From Opitutia bacterium (GTDB taxonomy: Bacteria; Verrucomicrobiota; Verrucomicrobiia; Opitutales; T3Sed10-336), in NCBI GenBank assembly GCA_050506795.1, contig JBJHCF010000001.1, positions 192,001 through 256,000 on the forward strand: a stretch of 64,000 nt of DNA, read 5' to 3'. The notes beneath the pieces were generated by a model that worked only from the letters and a program-made list of their open reading frames with translations, searched no databases and was not told the DNA's origin. The translations under genes and the position numbers were made by a program. Shown piece after piece: positions 44,855-54,617 of this stretch (its first letter is position 1; every line of letters starts with the position of its first letter).

Positions 44855-45844
44855 TCAGAAGATTTTGATCATGACACTGGTGAGTAGGAGGGTGACCAGC
44901 GATACGGGGATGAGAATTTTCCAGGAAAGGTTGAGCAGCCCGTAAAACTGGGTGCGCGGGAAGGTCCAGCGGACCCAGATGACGACAAAAATCAGGAGGT
45001 AGAGCTTGAGGAGGAACCAGACGACTCCCGGGAAGATACCGATCGGGCTGTGCCAGCCGCCGAAGAAGAGGATGACTGCGAGGGCGCAGCCGATGATGAT
45101 GTTGGCGTATTCCGCCATAAAAAACACACCGAAGCCCATACCTGCGTACTCGGTGTAGGCGCCGGCCACCAGTTCGCTTTCCGCTTCCGCCATGTCAAAA
45201 GGGGCGCGGTTGGTTTCGGAGAGCATGCAGACGAAGAAAATGATGAACGTCACCGGCATGAGGGGATTCGCCGCCAACTGGAAAAGGTTCCAGTTCCAGA
45301 ACACCCCGGCCTGTTGGTCCACGATAGCGTTGAGGCTGAGCGTTCCGGTGATCAGGAGCATGGTGATGATGACAAGCATCATCGGAATCTCGTAGGCGAC
45401 GTTCTGCGAGACGACGCGCGCGGCGGAAATGATGCCGTATTTATTGCGCGAGGACCAGCCGGCGAGCATGACGGCGATGACGTTGAACGAACTGAAGGCG
45501 AAGAGGGCGATGAGGCCGACATTGAAATCGATGGCCGAGAGCTGTTCGCTGAAGGGAAGAATGGCAAAGGCCATGATCGCCGGCGGCATCATCATGATCG
45601 GGGCCATGCGGAAGAGGAACCGGTCGGCTCCCGGCGGCACGATGAGCTGCTTCGACATCAGCTTGAGTGCGTCGGCGATCGGTTGCAGCAGACCGGCGTA
45701 GCCGACCTCGGTCGGTCCGGCCCGGCGTTGAAAACGTCCCGCGCTCTTGCGCTCGACCCATACCAGATAGGCCGCGTTGAGTCCGACGAATGCGGCCGTA
45801 CCGAGGACGAAAAGAAGGAGTCGAAGTGGTTCGGCGGCGGTCAT
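44855..45844 (-). CDS. nuoH: NADH-quinone oxidoreductase subunit H
   Basis: ERK..GRFQRRAGP, GLLQPIADALKL, ETNRAPFDMAEAESELVAG. Confidence 0.95.
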   Translation of the reverse strand: MTAAEPLRLLLFVLGTAAFVGLNAAYLVWVERKSAGRFQRRAGPTEVGYAGLLQPIADALKLMSKQLIVPPGADRFLFRMAPIMMMPPAIMAFAILPFSEQLSAIDFNVGLIALFAFSSFNVIAVMLAGWSSRNKYGIISAARVVSQNVAYEIPMMLVIITMLLITGTLSLNAIVDQQAGVFWNWNLFQLAANPLMPVTFIIFFVCMLSETNRAPFDMAEAESELVAGAYTEYAGMGFGVFFMAEYANIIIGCALAVILFFGGWHSPIGIFPGVVWFLLKLYLLIFVVIWVRWTFPRTQFYGLLNLSWKILIPVSLVTLLLTSVMIKIF

Positions 45845-46968
45845 CGGTCGACGTCGGGTATCACCAGGTCGAGGCTGCCCATCATGGCGATGCCGTCGGC
45901 CAGCATCATCCCGCGGGCGGCTTCCTCGAAGAGGCTGAGGTTGGCGAAACTGGGAGTACGGAGGCGAATTCGGTGGGGAATGGGCTTGCCGTTGCTCACG
46001 ATGCGGACTTCGAAGCGCCCGCGCGCGGCCTCGGTGGCGAAGCAGTACTCCCCGGCGGGAACCTTGATCACCCGCGGCACCTTAGCCATCACGGGTCCGT
46101 CCGGCAACCGCTCCAGCGCCTGCTCGATGATGCGCAGGCTCTGCTCCATCTCCTCCATGCGCACCTTGTAGCGGCCCATGCTGTCGGCCGCGGGATCGGT
46201 CGCGACGTCGAAATCGAACTCGGGGTAAGCCGAGTATGGCTCGGCCCGCCGCACATCGTAGGGAATGCCCGCGCCGCGGATCATCGGGCCGGTGGCCCCG
46301 TATTTTCGGCACATCTCTGCGTCGATGATCCCGATTTCTTCCACGCGTTTGCGGAAGATAATGTTCTCCGAAACCAGGCGCCGGAACATTTTCAGGCGCG
46401 GACGGAACTCTTTTACAAAGGCGTGGGCGCCGGCGATAAAATCGTCGTCGACGTCTTCGAGCACCCCGCCGAACCGGTAATAACAGTATGTCAGGCGGGC
46501 GCCCGTGAGGGCTTCGAGGAGGTCGAGAATTTTTTCGCGGTCGTCGAAGGCATACAGGAGCGGCGTCATTCCGCCGAGGTCGAGCAGGTAGGCCCCCCAC
46601 CAGACGAGGTGGCTGGAAATCCGGTTCAACTCGGACGTGATTACGCGAATATATTCGGCGCGCGGCGGTGGTTCGATCCCGCAGGCCCGCTCGACCGCGC
46701 CCACGTAGGCGTGCGTGTACATCATCGCCGAAAGGTAATCGATCCGGCCGGTATTGGGCAGGAATTGAGCCCAGGTCCGGTTTTCGCCCATCTTCTCGTG
46801 CTCGCGGTGCACATAGCCGGCCACCACCACGGCGTCCCTGATGAACTCGCCGTCCATGGTCAGCTTGATCCGCAGCACGCCGTGAGTGGCGGGATGCTGA
46901 GGGCCCAGGTTGAGAACGAACGTTTCCTGGGGGCCGGTGGCGTGAACGGGCTGCAGGTCCAGCTTCAT
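45841..46968 (-). CDS. nuoD: NADH-quinone oxidoreductase subunit D
   Basis: NLGPQHPATHGVLR, GRIDYL, ELNRISSHL, GSLDLVIPDVDR; no NiFe CxxC motifs. Confidence 0.93.
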   Translation of the reverse strand: MKLDLQPVHATGPQETFVLNLGPQHPATHGVLRIKLTMDGEFIRDAVVVAGYVHREHEKMGENRTWAQFLPNTGRIDYLSAMMYTHAYVGAVERACGIEPPPRAEYIRVITSELNRISSHLVWWGAYLLDLGGMTPLLYAFDDREKILDLLEALTGARLTYCYYRFGGVLEDVDDDFIAGAHAFVKEFRPRLKMFRRLVSENIIFRKRVEEIGIIDAEMCRKYGATGPMIRGAGIPYDVRRAEPYSAYPEFDFDVATDPAADSMGRYKVRMEEMEQSLRIIEQALERLPDGPVMAKVPRVIKVPAGEYCFATEAARGRFEVRIVSNGKPIPHRIRLRTPSFANLSLFEEAARGMMLADGIAMMGSLDLVIPDVDR

Positions 46969-47516
46969 GAGGATTCGGGCTCCGGTTCGGGTTTGAAGTC
47001 CTTGCGCAGGGGATAGCCCTGGAAATCCTCCGGCAGGAGGAGATGAATCGGGTTTGGATGGCCGGTGAATTCGATCCCGAAAAACTCGGCTGTTTCCCGC
47101 TCGTGCCAGTTGGCTCCGGGGAAAACGGCGGAAAGGCTGGGGATGACGGGCCGGTCCCTCGGTATCCGGGTGCGCACAACGACGCGGGCCGGATTCAGGA
47201 AGTGGAGAAAATCGTAGATCAATTCGAACTGGTTCTCATCCGGCCAATCGATCGCGGTGACCATGTCGATGGCAAAACCTTCGTTGTCGAGAATCCCGGC
47301 TGCTTCGAGCACATCGTGCGGCTCGACGGTCAGGTCGAGGTCGTAACCCACTTTGGCGTGTTCCATTCGGCGGCAGGGTTCCGGTGCCACCGCTTCGGGT
47401 CCGGCTTCCTCGTTTGCCTCCGTGCCGGCTTCGGTTGCCGGGGATGGATTCTCAGTTCTCATTGCCGGAAAGCGTTTGGCGAAAAGCCCTTGAAGATTTT
47501 CGATCGGCGGGCTCAT
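46965..47516 (-). CDS. nuoC: NADH-quinone oxidoreductase subunit C
   Basis: [27 protein letters not shown]. Confidence 0.92.
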   Translation of the reverse strand: MSPPIENLQGLFAKRFPAMRTENPSPATEAGTEANEEAGPEAVAPEPCRRMEHAKVGYDLDLTVEPHDVLEAAGILDNEGFAIDMVTAIDWPDENQFELIYDFLHFLNPARVVVRTRIPRDRPVIPSLSAVFPGANWHERETAEFFGIEFTGHPNPIHLLLPEDFQGYPLRKDFKPEPEPESS

Positions 47517-48043
47517 TCGGTTTCCACTCTGGGCCACCGCCGGTGGCCGGTTATTTTTTGTTCCAACTCAAGGATTCCTTCAATGAGCGCCTCCGGCCGC
47601 GGCGGGCAGCCCGGCACGTAGATGTCGACCGGAAAGAGTTCTTCTACCCCCATCACGACCGAATATTGGTCCGGATTGACGAAGGGGCCTCCCGAAATCG
47701 CGCAGTTGCCCATGGCGATGACCCATTTGGGTTCGGGCATTTGGTCGTAGAGGGTTTTGACCATATCGGCCATCTTCCGGTTGACTGTTCCGGCGACAAT
47801 CATGACGTCGGCCTGCCGCGGGGAGGGCCGAAACACCTCCGCTCCGAAACGGGAGATGTCGAAGCGCGAGGCGCCCGCCGCCATCATTTCAATGGCGCAG
47901 CAGGCCAGTCCGAAGGTCAACGGCCAAAGCGAGTTGGCTCGCCCCAAAGCGATCAGATCGTCGAGTTTGGCGAATTTGACGATGGAGGAAAGATCCGGTT
48001 GAGGAACTGACGGCCCGGAATCGTTGCTTCCTTCGTGATTCAT
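47513..48043 (-). CDS. nuoB: NADH-quinone oxidoreductase subunit B
   Basis: [40 protein letters not shown]. Confidence 0.95.
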   Translation of the reverse strand: MNHEGSNDSGPSVPQPDLSSIVKFAKLDDLIALGRANSLWPLTFGLACCAIEMMAAGASRFDISRFGAEVFRPSPRQADVMIVAGTVNRKMADMVKTLYDQMPEPKWVIAMGNCAISGGPFVNPDQYSVVMGVEELFPVDIYVPGCPPRPEALIEGILELEQKITGHRRWPRVETE

Positions 48044-48459
48044 AATTCCTCCTTCATGATTTTTGCGGGCGGCGGACGGTTGATCCATTCGAAGACGCCT
48101 TTGATCCAGGCATACACGACCACTAGAGACAGGATTCCGAGAAAAACCGCGAGGCCGATCAGGTCCCGGTAGGGGAACACACGGTCGTAGATGACTGCGA
48201 CCGGGATGAGAAAGATGACGGCCACGGCAAAGGCCACGAAGACCAGGGCGTAAAGGTAGTAAACCGCGCTGTAGCGAATCCAGGCGTCGCCAATGGGCTC
48301 AGCGCCGCACTCAACGAATTGCCCCACCCGGTTCATGGTCTGGCGGGAGCCCCGGGACATTAGCAGGTGGGCAATGAGAATAGGCGCGAGCGCGAAGACG
48401 AACCCGAGAAAACCGAAGGCGATCAGATAGATGATGTGGATCTGTAGCGGTTCGGTCAT
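48040..48459 (-). CDS. nuoA: NADH-quinone oxidoreductase subunit A
   Basis: [30 protein letters not shown]. Confidence 0.9.
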   Translation of the reverse strand: MTEPLQIHIIYLIAFGFLGFVFALAPILIAHLLMSRGSRQTMNRVGQFVECGAEPIGDAWIRYSAVYYLYALVFVAFAVAVIFLIPVAVIYDRVFPYRDLIGLAVFLGILSLVVVYAWIKGVFEWINRPPPAKIMKEEL

Positions 48460-48608
48460 ACTGCGATTGTCTTTCCTATTCCTTCGGGTTCGATTGCCGG
48501 TCTGGCTCCTGCGGAAAATGCGACGTTTCTCAAAGGAGCATTGTCGCGGATTCCGCTCACTTCTTCTGTGCAGCGATTGCGTTTTACCGGTAGTTCATTG
48601 CTCCATCA

Positions 48609-49532
48609 TCAGGTCAATCTTTCGAGCGCCGAACGAAGTATCTCGGACGCCATCAAGCCCTTCGGTCGCGGCGCCAGCTTGCCGGCGATCTCGGCTTCGT
48701 TCTCGTTGAGGGTCGGGCGGCGCGATCTGTAATAGATCCCGAAATAACCTGGGAAAGCCTTTTTGGTCAGAGAGTAGGCCGCTTCCTCATCGGTAATATC
48801 GTGTCCTGCCGGAACCAGGGGAAACTCACCGCCTTTCCGGGGATTGGCGGCATCGTAGGAACCGCGGTTGAACTGGACGCATTCCGAAAGGCATTCCACC
48901 ACGGAGAAGCCTTCATGGTCGAAAGCCTCCTCAAACATGGCGAGCATATGGTTCGGTTCGGATGCGATCGTGCGGGCGACGAAGCTCGCGCCGCTGGAAA
49001 TCAGCTTCCTGGTGGGATTGAGCGGCGTGGTTTTGGAGCCCCACGGATCGGTTTTCGACCGAAAGCCTTCCGGCGAGGTGGGCGAGGTTTGTTTCTTGGT
49101 CAGACCGTACACCTGGTTGTCCATGACGATCACCGTCATGTGCACGTTCTTGCGGGCGCAGTGGTCGAAATGATTGCCGCCGATTGAGTAGGCGTCGCCG
49201 TCTCCGATAAACACGAAGGGATGGAGGTCGGGACGGGTGAGACTCACTCCGGTTGCGAATGGAAGAATACGTCCGTGGATGAAATGGACGCTGTGGGTGT
49301 TGACGAAGTAGGGAAATCTCGACGAACACCCGATACCGGAGAGGGTGACGATGGATTCCTGCGGCAGCATGCGTTTTTCCAGCAATTTCTGGTAGGTCGC
49401 AAGGACCGTGTAGTCCCCGCATCCCGGGCACCAGGTGGGTTTGTCGGCCTTCAACGAAGCGCGAGTGGCTATGCCGGAGGCCGGGCAGGCGGGGGGGCAT
49501 TCGGTCTTGATTGATGGGATGGATTGTTGCAT
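48609..49532 (-). CDS. korB: 2-oxoacid:ferredoxin oxidoreductase beta subunit (TPP-binding)
   Basis: TWCPGCGD, SGIGCSSRFP, IHGR, GDGD, DNQVYGLTK. Confidence 0.9.
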   Translation of the reverse strand: MQQSIPSIKTECPPACPASGIATRASLKADKPTWCPGCGDYTVLATYQKLLEKRMLPQESIVTLSGIGCSSRFPYFVNTHSVHFIHGRILPFATGVSLTRPDLHPFVFIGDGDAYSIGGNHFDHCARKNVHMTVIVMDNQVYGLTKKQTSPTSPEGFRSKTDPWGSKTTPLNPTRKLISSGASFVARTIASEPNHMLAMFEEAFDHEGFSVVECLSECVQFNRGSYDAANPRKGGEFPLVPAGHDITDEEAAYSLTKKAFPGYFGIYYRSRRPTLNENEAEIAGKLAPRPKGLMASEILRSALERLT

Positions 49533-49537
49533 GGGAA

Positions 49538-51373
49538 TTATTCTCTCTTTTTCGTCCCGGTCCCGGGTTCGGGCAGGCGTTCAAGGATCTCTCGGACCCG
49601 GAAGGACAAGCCGTCGCTCTTGGTGATGCCTTGAATTCGCTTCAGGCAGGTTTCGGCGCGAAGAATGCGCGCCAGTTGCCCGCATCCGTGGGAGTCGTGG
49701 TCGTTCAATTCCACCACCAGCACTTTCTCGAAGCGCCGGAATATATCCTCCAGGCCCAAGGGAAGCGGATTTAGGTGGCGAAGATGGAGGGCGCTGAGGG
49801 TGCGACCCTGGGTTTTGGCGCGATCCACGGCCTCTCGAATGGCCCCTTTGGTGGACCCCCAGCCGACCAGCAGAATTTCGCCTTCTCCGGGACCGTAGAC
49901 CTGGGGTGTTGGAAGTTTTGCCGCCAGGCGATCGAGCTTTACGCGCCGTTTGACGGTCATTGCCGCGTGGACTTTGGAATTTGCGGAAGGGTGGCCGTAC
50001 TCATTGTGCTCGAGGCCGGTGATGTTCGGGTAGTGGACGTCCTCTATGCGCGTTCCCGGGGGAACGTGCCGGGTAATGGAGTCGAAAGGATAAGGCTTGT
50101 GGTCTGGAACGGACTTCGGCCGACTGATCTGCGCGGGTTCGATGTCGGCAAGTTTCGGGAGATCGAAAGCTTCGATACGTGTGGCCAACGCCTGGTCGCT
50201 AAGGAAAACGACCGGAACGCTGTACTCGCAGGCGATGCGGACCGCTTCCACCATCAGGTAAAAGCAGTCCTCAACATTGGCCGGGGCCACGACGACCCGC
50301 GGGGCGTCCCCGTGTCCACCGTGCAGGGCGATGTTCAGATCGGACTGTTCAACATTTGTCGGCAGTCCGGTGGAAGGACCGCCGCGCTGAACATCGACGA
50401 CCAAAAGGGGAATCTCAGCCATGACCGCGTAGCTGATGGCCTCGCTTTTAAGCGATAGCCCGGGCCCGCTGGATCCCGTCATGGAGATTACTCCGGCGTA
50501 GGCCCCGCCGAGGGCGGCTGAGATGGCGGCCAGTTCGTCTTCCGTTTGGATAAAGGAACCCCCGTACTTGGGGAGATCCTGGCGGAGTTGCTCCATGACT
50601 TCCGTCCACGGAGTGATCGGATAGGCGGCCCCGAAGCGAACCCCCGCGGCGATGGCTCCGTACGCCAGCGCCTGGTTCCCGGTCATGGTCACTTTCGGTC
50701 GTCCGGTGGCCACCGGCTCTTCGAATGAATACAGCGACATCACGTCGCCGATGGAATAAGCGTATCCGCCGTTCAATGCCAGAAGGGCGTTGCGAACCAC
50801 CGAATCGTCCTTGCCGGTGAAGCGTTCCTTGATCAGCTTTCGGACCTTTTTCATGTTCAGGTCGAAAGCGCGGGCCAGCAGACCGAGCAGGAAGATGTTC
50901 TTTCCCTTCTGTTTGCCGGTGCCACCCAGAATTTCCACGGTCAGCGACGTCATGGGGACCGCGGCCGGAGTGATTCGCCGGGCACGGAGCAGATCGATAT
51001 CCGGAGTTACATGGATTGAGTCGTACAGCAGAATGCCGCCATCGCGCAAACTGTCGAGGTGGGTTTCGTAGGAATGCTGGTAGAAGGCGACCAGGATGTC
51101 TGCAGAGTCGCCGGCGCTCAACACCTCACCGCTGCCCATGTGCACCTGGAAAATCGACGGGCCTCCCGAGATGGTGGCGGGGATTGTCATGTAGGTCATG
51201 ACATCCATGTCGCTCCTTCCGGCCAGCCGGGCCAGCATGGCGCCGACCGATTGAATGCCGTCCTGGGAGTTGCCCGCGATGCGGATGACGGAGTCCCGGA
51301 TCGTTTCGGGCGTGGCTTCGGATTCTTCCACGTCGGGATTGTTTTTTTGAGCCTGTGTCGGCTGGCGGGTCAT
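49538..51373 (-). CDS. korA: 2-oxoacid:ferredoxin oxidoreductase alpha subunit (gamma-alpha fusion)
   Basis: IRIAGNSQDG, YPITP, QTEDELAAI, SGPGLSLK, VQRGGPSTGLPT. Confidence 0.9.
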   Translation of the reverse strand: MTRQPTQAQKNNPDVEESEATPETIRDSVIRIAGNSQDGIQSVGAMLARLAGRSDMDVMTYMTIPATISGGPSIFQVHMGSGEVLSAGDSADILVAFYQHSYETHLDSLRDGGILLYDSIHVTPDIDLLRARRITPAAVPMTSLTVEILGGTGKQKGKNIFLLGLLARAFDLNMKKVRKLIKERFTGKDDSVVRNALLALNGGYAYSIGDVMSLYSFEEPVATGRPKVTMTGNQALAYGAIAAGVRFGAAYPITPWTEVMEQLRQDLPKYGGSFIQTEDELAAISAALGGAYAGVISMTGSSGPGLSLKSEAISYAVMAEIPLLVVDVQRGGPSTGLPTNVEQSDLNIALHGGHGDAPRVVVAPANVEDCFYLMVEAVRIACEYSVPVVFLSDQALATRIEAFDLPKLADIEPAQISRPKSVPDHKPYPFDSITRHVPPGTRIEDVHYPNITGLEHNEYGHPSANSKVHAAMTVKRRVKLDRLAAKLPTPQVYGPGEGEILLVGWGSTKGAIREAVDRAKTQGRTLSALHLRHLNPLPLGLEDIFRRFEKVLVVELNDHDSHGCGQLARILRAETCLKRIQGITKSDGLSFRVREILERLPEPGTGTKKRE

Positions 51374-51397
51374 GGAGATCAATGTCTTGTGTGGCGT

Positions 51398-52156
51398 TTA
51401 AAGGGAACGGGCCGCGCGTCCGGCAGTGGAGGAGCGCCCCGTTTCCGGGTTGTCGTTTGGATCGGTTCGATCGATTTCGGCTTCGAAATGGAAATTGACT
51501 TTGAAGGCGTCGTGAGCGCGCAGCAGTCCGAAGAGGGCGGTGGGCGGTTCCATCTCGAACCAGTTCATCTTCAGAGCGAGTTCGCCTCGAATCTCGAAAC
51601 GTTTTCCGGGGATCTGACGAATCTCGACCTCATGCTCGACCTCGCGGGTGACCCCGGCGATTCTAAGGTCTCCGGTCACGGTCAGGAAAAGAGCCGGTTC
51701 GCCGTTCCCGGACGCGGCGCCGTCGCTCACCGATTTCAACTGGTACTCAATTATTGGATACTCTTCAAAGCGAATGGTTCTGCGGAGATCCCGCTGCATC
51801 CGGGAGCGGTCGCACTCGAGTGCTTCTATCGGCACTTCAACCCGAAGCGGGGATCCGCCGGTTTCGTCTTTCTCCTCGAAATCGATGGGGAAAGAGAGGG
51901 CTCCGGCCCAGGAGGCTTCCACCACCCGTTCGAACTGTTCTTCGGTCAGGTTCAGTTCCGCCGCCAGGTCGAGGCGGTCCCCGACGCACTCCCAGTCGTG
52001 CAGCGATGAAGTGCCCGCCACTCGCACATCCACCGGTGAAACGACCCGGAAACGAATCGTTTCACGTGTTTCCCCGATCACAGGTATCGCGCCGGCGACG
52101 GCGCCGAACGCGGCGAGCGCGGCGATCAGGGAGCGGATGGCGGGCGGCGGGTGCAT
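51398..52156 (-). CDS. YceI family (polyisoprenoid-binding) periplasmic protein
   Basis: Signal peptide, VAGTSSLHDW, GDLRIAGVTRE, MEPPTALFG. Confidence 0.8.
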   Translation of the reverse strand: MHPPPAIRSLIAALAAFGAVAGAIPVIGETRETIRFRVVSPVDVRVAGTSSLHDWECVGDRLDLAAELNLTEEQFERVVEASWAGALSFPIDFEEKDETGGSPLRVEVPIEALECDRSRMQRDLRRTIRFEEYPIIEYQLKSVSDGAASGNGEPALFLTVTGDLRIAGVTREVEHEVEIRQIPGKRFEIRGELALKMNWFEMEPPTALFGLLRAHDAFKVNFHFEAEIDRTDPNDNPETGRSSTAGRAARSL

Positions 52157-52194
52157 GGTTTCCTCACTGGTTGGAACTTCAGTTCGGTGGGAGT

Positions 52195-52839
52195 TTAATT
52201 GCTTCTTTGTTCGAGAACCCACTGAAACTCCACGGAGACTTCGTCCGCGGCCCGCATGGTTCCAAACATCAACCGCGGCGGGTCGATGCCGAAATCGGAC
52301 ATTTTGAGGGCGGCTTTGCCTTTCAGCATGATGAGGTTGTCCTCTACCGTCCATTCCACCGGAAAGGTTGTTTCGCTGCTGTTACCCGTTACGGTGAGCA
52401 CTCCTTTCACTTCGGTGGTGAAGGAATTCGCCGCGGTGTCGAAATCACCGTTCAACTCGATGGATTTCAGTTCGAATTCGATGTAGCGGTGGTCACTGAC
52501 CTTCAAGTAGTCGTGCATGTTCGAGGTGAGGCGCCGGCTGTCGCTTTCGAGGGAGTTGGCGGGAATCCGTACCTTGGCGCGAAAGGTTTGTGCCAGGAAG
52601 GCCTCGGGATCGAAGCTTGCCGGGTCAAAGGCGCCGTTGGATTCGATTTCGATCGTGCCCTCAATGTTGGACGATTCCGCGTCCCAGTCGCGAACGTTGG
52701 AGGTTCCTTCGATCATGACCGTGTTTCGGTCGTCGGTGGCCGGAACCAGGACCAGCGATTCCGCCTGGAGGGCGCCGAGAGTAAAGTACGCGAGTCCCGC
52801 GGCAGCGGCTGTTCTAAGTGTTTGTTGCAGGATATTCAT
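52195..52839 (-). CDS. YceI family (polyisoprenoid-binding) periplasmic protein
   Basis: Signal peptide, IEGTSNVRDW, GVLTVTG, KMSDFGIDPP. Confidence 0.85.
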   Translation of the reverse strand: MNILQQTLRTAAAAGLAYFTLGALQAESLVLVPATDDRNTVMIEGTSNVRDWDAESSNIEGTIEIESNGAFDPASFDPEAFLAQTFRAKVRIPANSLESDSRRLTSNMHDYLKVSDHRYIEFELKSIELNGDFDTAANSFTTEVKGVLTVTGNSSETTFPVEWTVEDNLIMLKGKAALKMSDFGIDPPRLMFGTMRAADEVSVEFQWVLEQRSN

Positions 52840-52925
52840 GGTTATCGTTTCGGTGAGGTGTTGATTTGATGGATGGACCCCCGCCCGTTTTGGGCGGTGC
52901 GGGAGTCGCTTATGGATTTGTCGCC

Positions 52926-54161
52926 TCAGAAGGAGAAGGAGAACTCGGCGATCACGCCTTGGAACTTGGGATCCTGGCTGAGTTCAACGCCGCTCATCGT
53001 TCCGTGATCGAAACCGCTGGTGGTCTGATAGACGTATTCGACCTTGAGGAGGAGACCGTCCAACACCCACGCTCCGAATCCGGCCTGGTAGCGATCGACA
53101 CGACCGTTATTAGAGGAGTCTCCCGCAAACCGTTGCGCGTCGGCCGCGCTGTAACGAGCCGCGGCGTAAACCGAATCCGGCAGAAGGTAAACCTGGCCGG
53201 TGGCCCCGTAGTAAAGCCAGGCTTCGCTGCCGCCCATATTGTTGTCATCGGCCCGACCGAAGAAGCCCGTGAAGTTCAGCCGGGCATCAGGCGTCCAGCC
53301 GGCGTCCAGTTGCCAGGCTTCGATATCCGTTCCGTTGCCGACCGTGACCTGTCCGGCGGCGCCGCCGTCATCCCAGATTCCGGCGTACTGGCTCCCAAGC
53401 CGTTCCGTGCGGAAAAGGTTGGCTCCGCGAACCACGCTGCTGCCGTGATTGGCACGGTAGTAGGAGGCGGCGACATCGACCGGGATCTGCGGCAGATCGG
53501 CCCAAATCTTGCCGCGGTAGGAGAACCGGGCGCCTTCACTGAAGTTTTCGGTCGCAACTCCGCTGCCGGTTCCGATCATGGCACCGAAACCCCGGTCGTT
53601 TTGATGGATGATTTCAATTCCGGCTTCGGTCGCGTGGGGGCTGACCACAGGGTTGCCGACCAGTGGATTGCGTTGGACGTCGGCGTTATTCGAACGTCGG
53701 TGAATTTCATTGCCGAAGTTGACCATAAAATGACCGGCCTTCACGTCGATGTGGTCGAAAATTGCGTTGGCGGCCGGCAAAAGGGAGTTCTCGGGCATTC
53801 GCTTGAGGAGAATGTAGCCCTGATGACCCCAGACTTTGTCCGAGTGCACCCGGCTGGCGAGAGTGACGTCAAAGAACACTTCGTAGTAGTCTTCGTAGAA
53901 GAGGCGCCATCCGAGATTGCCGATCGCGTGCTGCAGCCCCGCGTCGGAAAGCTCTTGCTTATCAAATCCCGCCGCTGATTTGTCGTCGGCGTTGTGGTCG
54001 AGCGCCTGGAGACGTCCCACGGTGTGCACCTCCATGTGAAGTTCATAACCGTCGATTTCCGTGAGGAGGATCGCCTCGGCTTCAGGCGCCGCGACCAGGC
54101 CCGCCAGGGACAAGCCGGCAACGGCTAATGCTTTTCTTGAGATGGAATTCACTGCATTCAT
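52926..54161 (-). CDS. Putative outer-membrane beta-barrel protein
   Basis: Signal peptide, alternating aromatic beta strands, LLKVEYV, C-terminal FSF. Confidence 0.7.
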   Translation of the reverse strand: MNAVNSISRKALAVAGLSLAGLVAAPEAEAILLTEIDGYELHMEVHTVGRLQALDHNADDKSAAGFDKQELSDAGLQHAIGNLGWRLFYEDYYEVFFDVTLASRVHSDKVWGHQGYILLKRMPENSLLPAANAIFDHIDVKAGHFMVNFGNEIHRRSNNADVQRNPLVGNPVVSPHATEAGIEIIHQNDRGFGAMIGTGSGVATENFSEGARFSYRGKIWADLPQIPVDVAASYYRANHGSSVVRGANLFRTERLGSQYAGIWDDGGAAGQVTVGNGTDIEAWQLDAGWTPDARLNFTGFFGRADDNNMGGSEAWLYYGATGQVYLLPDSVYAAARYSAADAQRFAGDSSNNGRVDRYQAGFGAWVLDGLLLKVEYVYQTTSGFDHGTMSGVELSQDPKFQGVIAEFSFSF

Positions 54162-54232
54162 ATTTTCCGGTGGTTTTTGGTGTTTTCCCGTTCCCGGCGT
54201 AGCATCCGGCATCGAGGGTTTGCCTATTTACC

Positions 54233-54247
54233 GCAGCAACCGTGCCG
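54233..54247 (-). promoter_or_regulatory. Sigma54 (-24/-12) promoter
   Basis: Minus-strand TCGGCACGGTTGCTGC = GG-N10-GC with a GGCAC core, about 70 bp upstream of the barrel gene ATG and next to a bEBP gene. Confidence 0.7.
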
Positions 54248-54413
54248 AATGGCAGAAGTCAGGGGAGTTTTTGTTTTGAGGAAACGAGTAAGGCGGAAGA
54301 TTCCAGCCCGTAACCCGTTTAAACAAAGGACGATTGGCATTCCTGAAGCCGCGAAAAAAACGCCACTTTTTTTTCGATTCGCCGTTGAAAGCTCTGGACC
54401 GAGCCTGGGTGTT

Positions 54414-54566
54414 CGTCACGCCGCCGTGACACGTCCGCCCCGGTGCCGGGCCAAGGAGGAGCTACGGGGAGGTCTGCCAACCCGGAGGACCTCATGTAAA
54501 GCGATTCTCAAGGCGGTGTCACAAAAACGAAACAGCGGAATTTACCGGTGTCACGGGAATGTGACA
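54414..54566. promoter_or_regulatory. Three putative enhancer (UAS) boxes TGTCAC-N6-GTGACA
   Basis: TGTCAC-GGGAAT-GTGACA (54549-54566), TGTCAC-AAAAAC-GAAACA (54517-54534), CGTCAC-GCCGCC-GTGACA (54414-54431). Confidence 0.65.
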
Positions 54567-54617
54567 TCCTTCGGGAAGGGTGGGTCCGGATTCCCCGGCT
54601 TCGGCGCACACGGGTTT

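Noticed and set aside
38517..47179. Long alternative-frame and antisense ORFs over the nuo genes (e.g. 38517-39911, 42084-43436, 45790-47016)
   Set aside because: These are shadow ORFs typical of high-GC codon bias; they overlap clearly recognisable genes and lack family motifs.
47577..47610. CTTCAATGAGCGCCTCCG resembling the CRISPR repeat
   Set aside because: It lies within the conserved nuoB coding sequence (PEALIEG), and the similarity does not extend.
45841..48043. Possible group 4 [NiFe]-hydrogenase (Ech/Hyf/Mbh) given the Mrp-like subunits
   Set aside because: The large subunit lacks both Ni-binding CxxC motifs (GRIDYL, GSLDLV), and the small subunit has the NuoB-type tandem CC.
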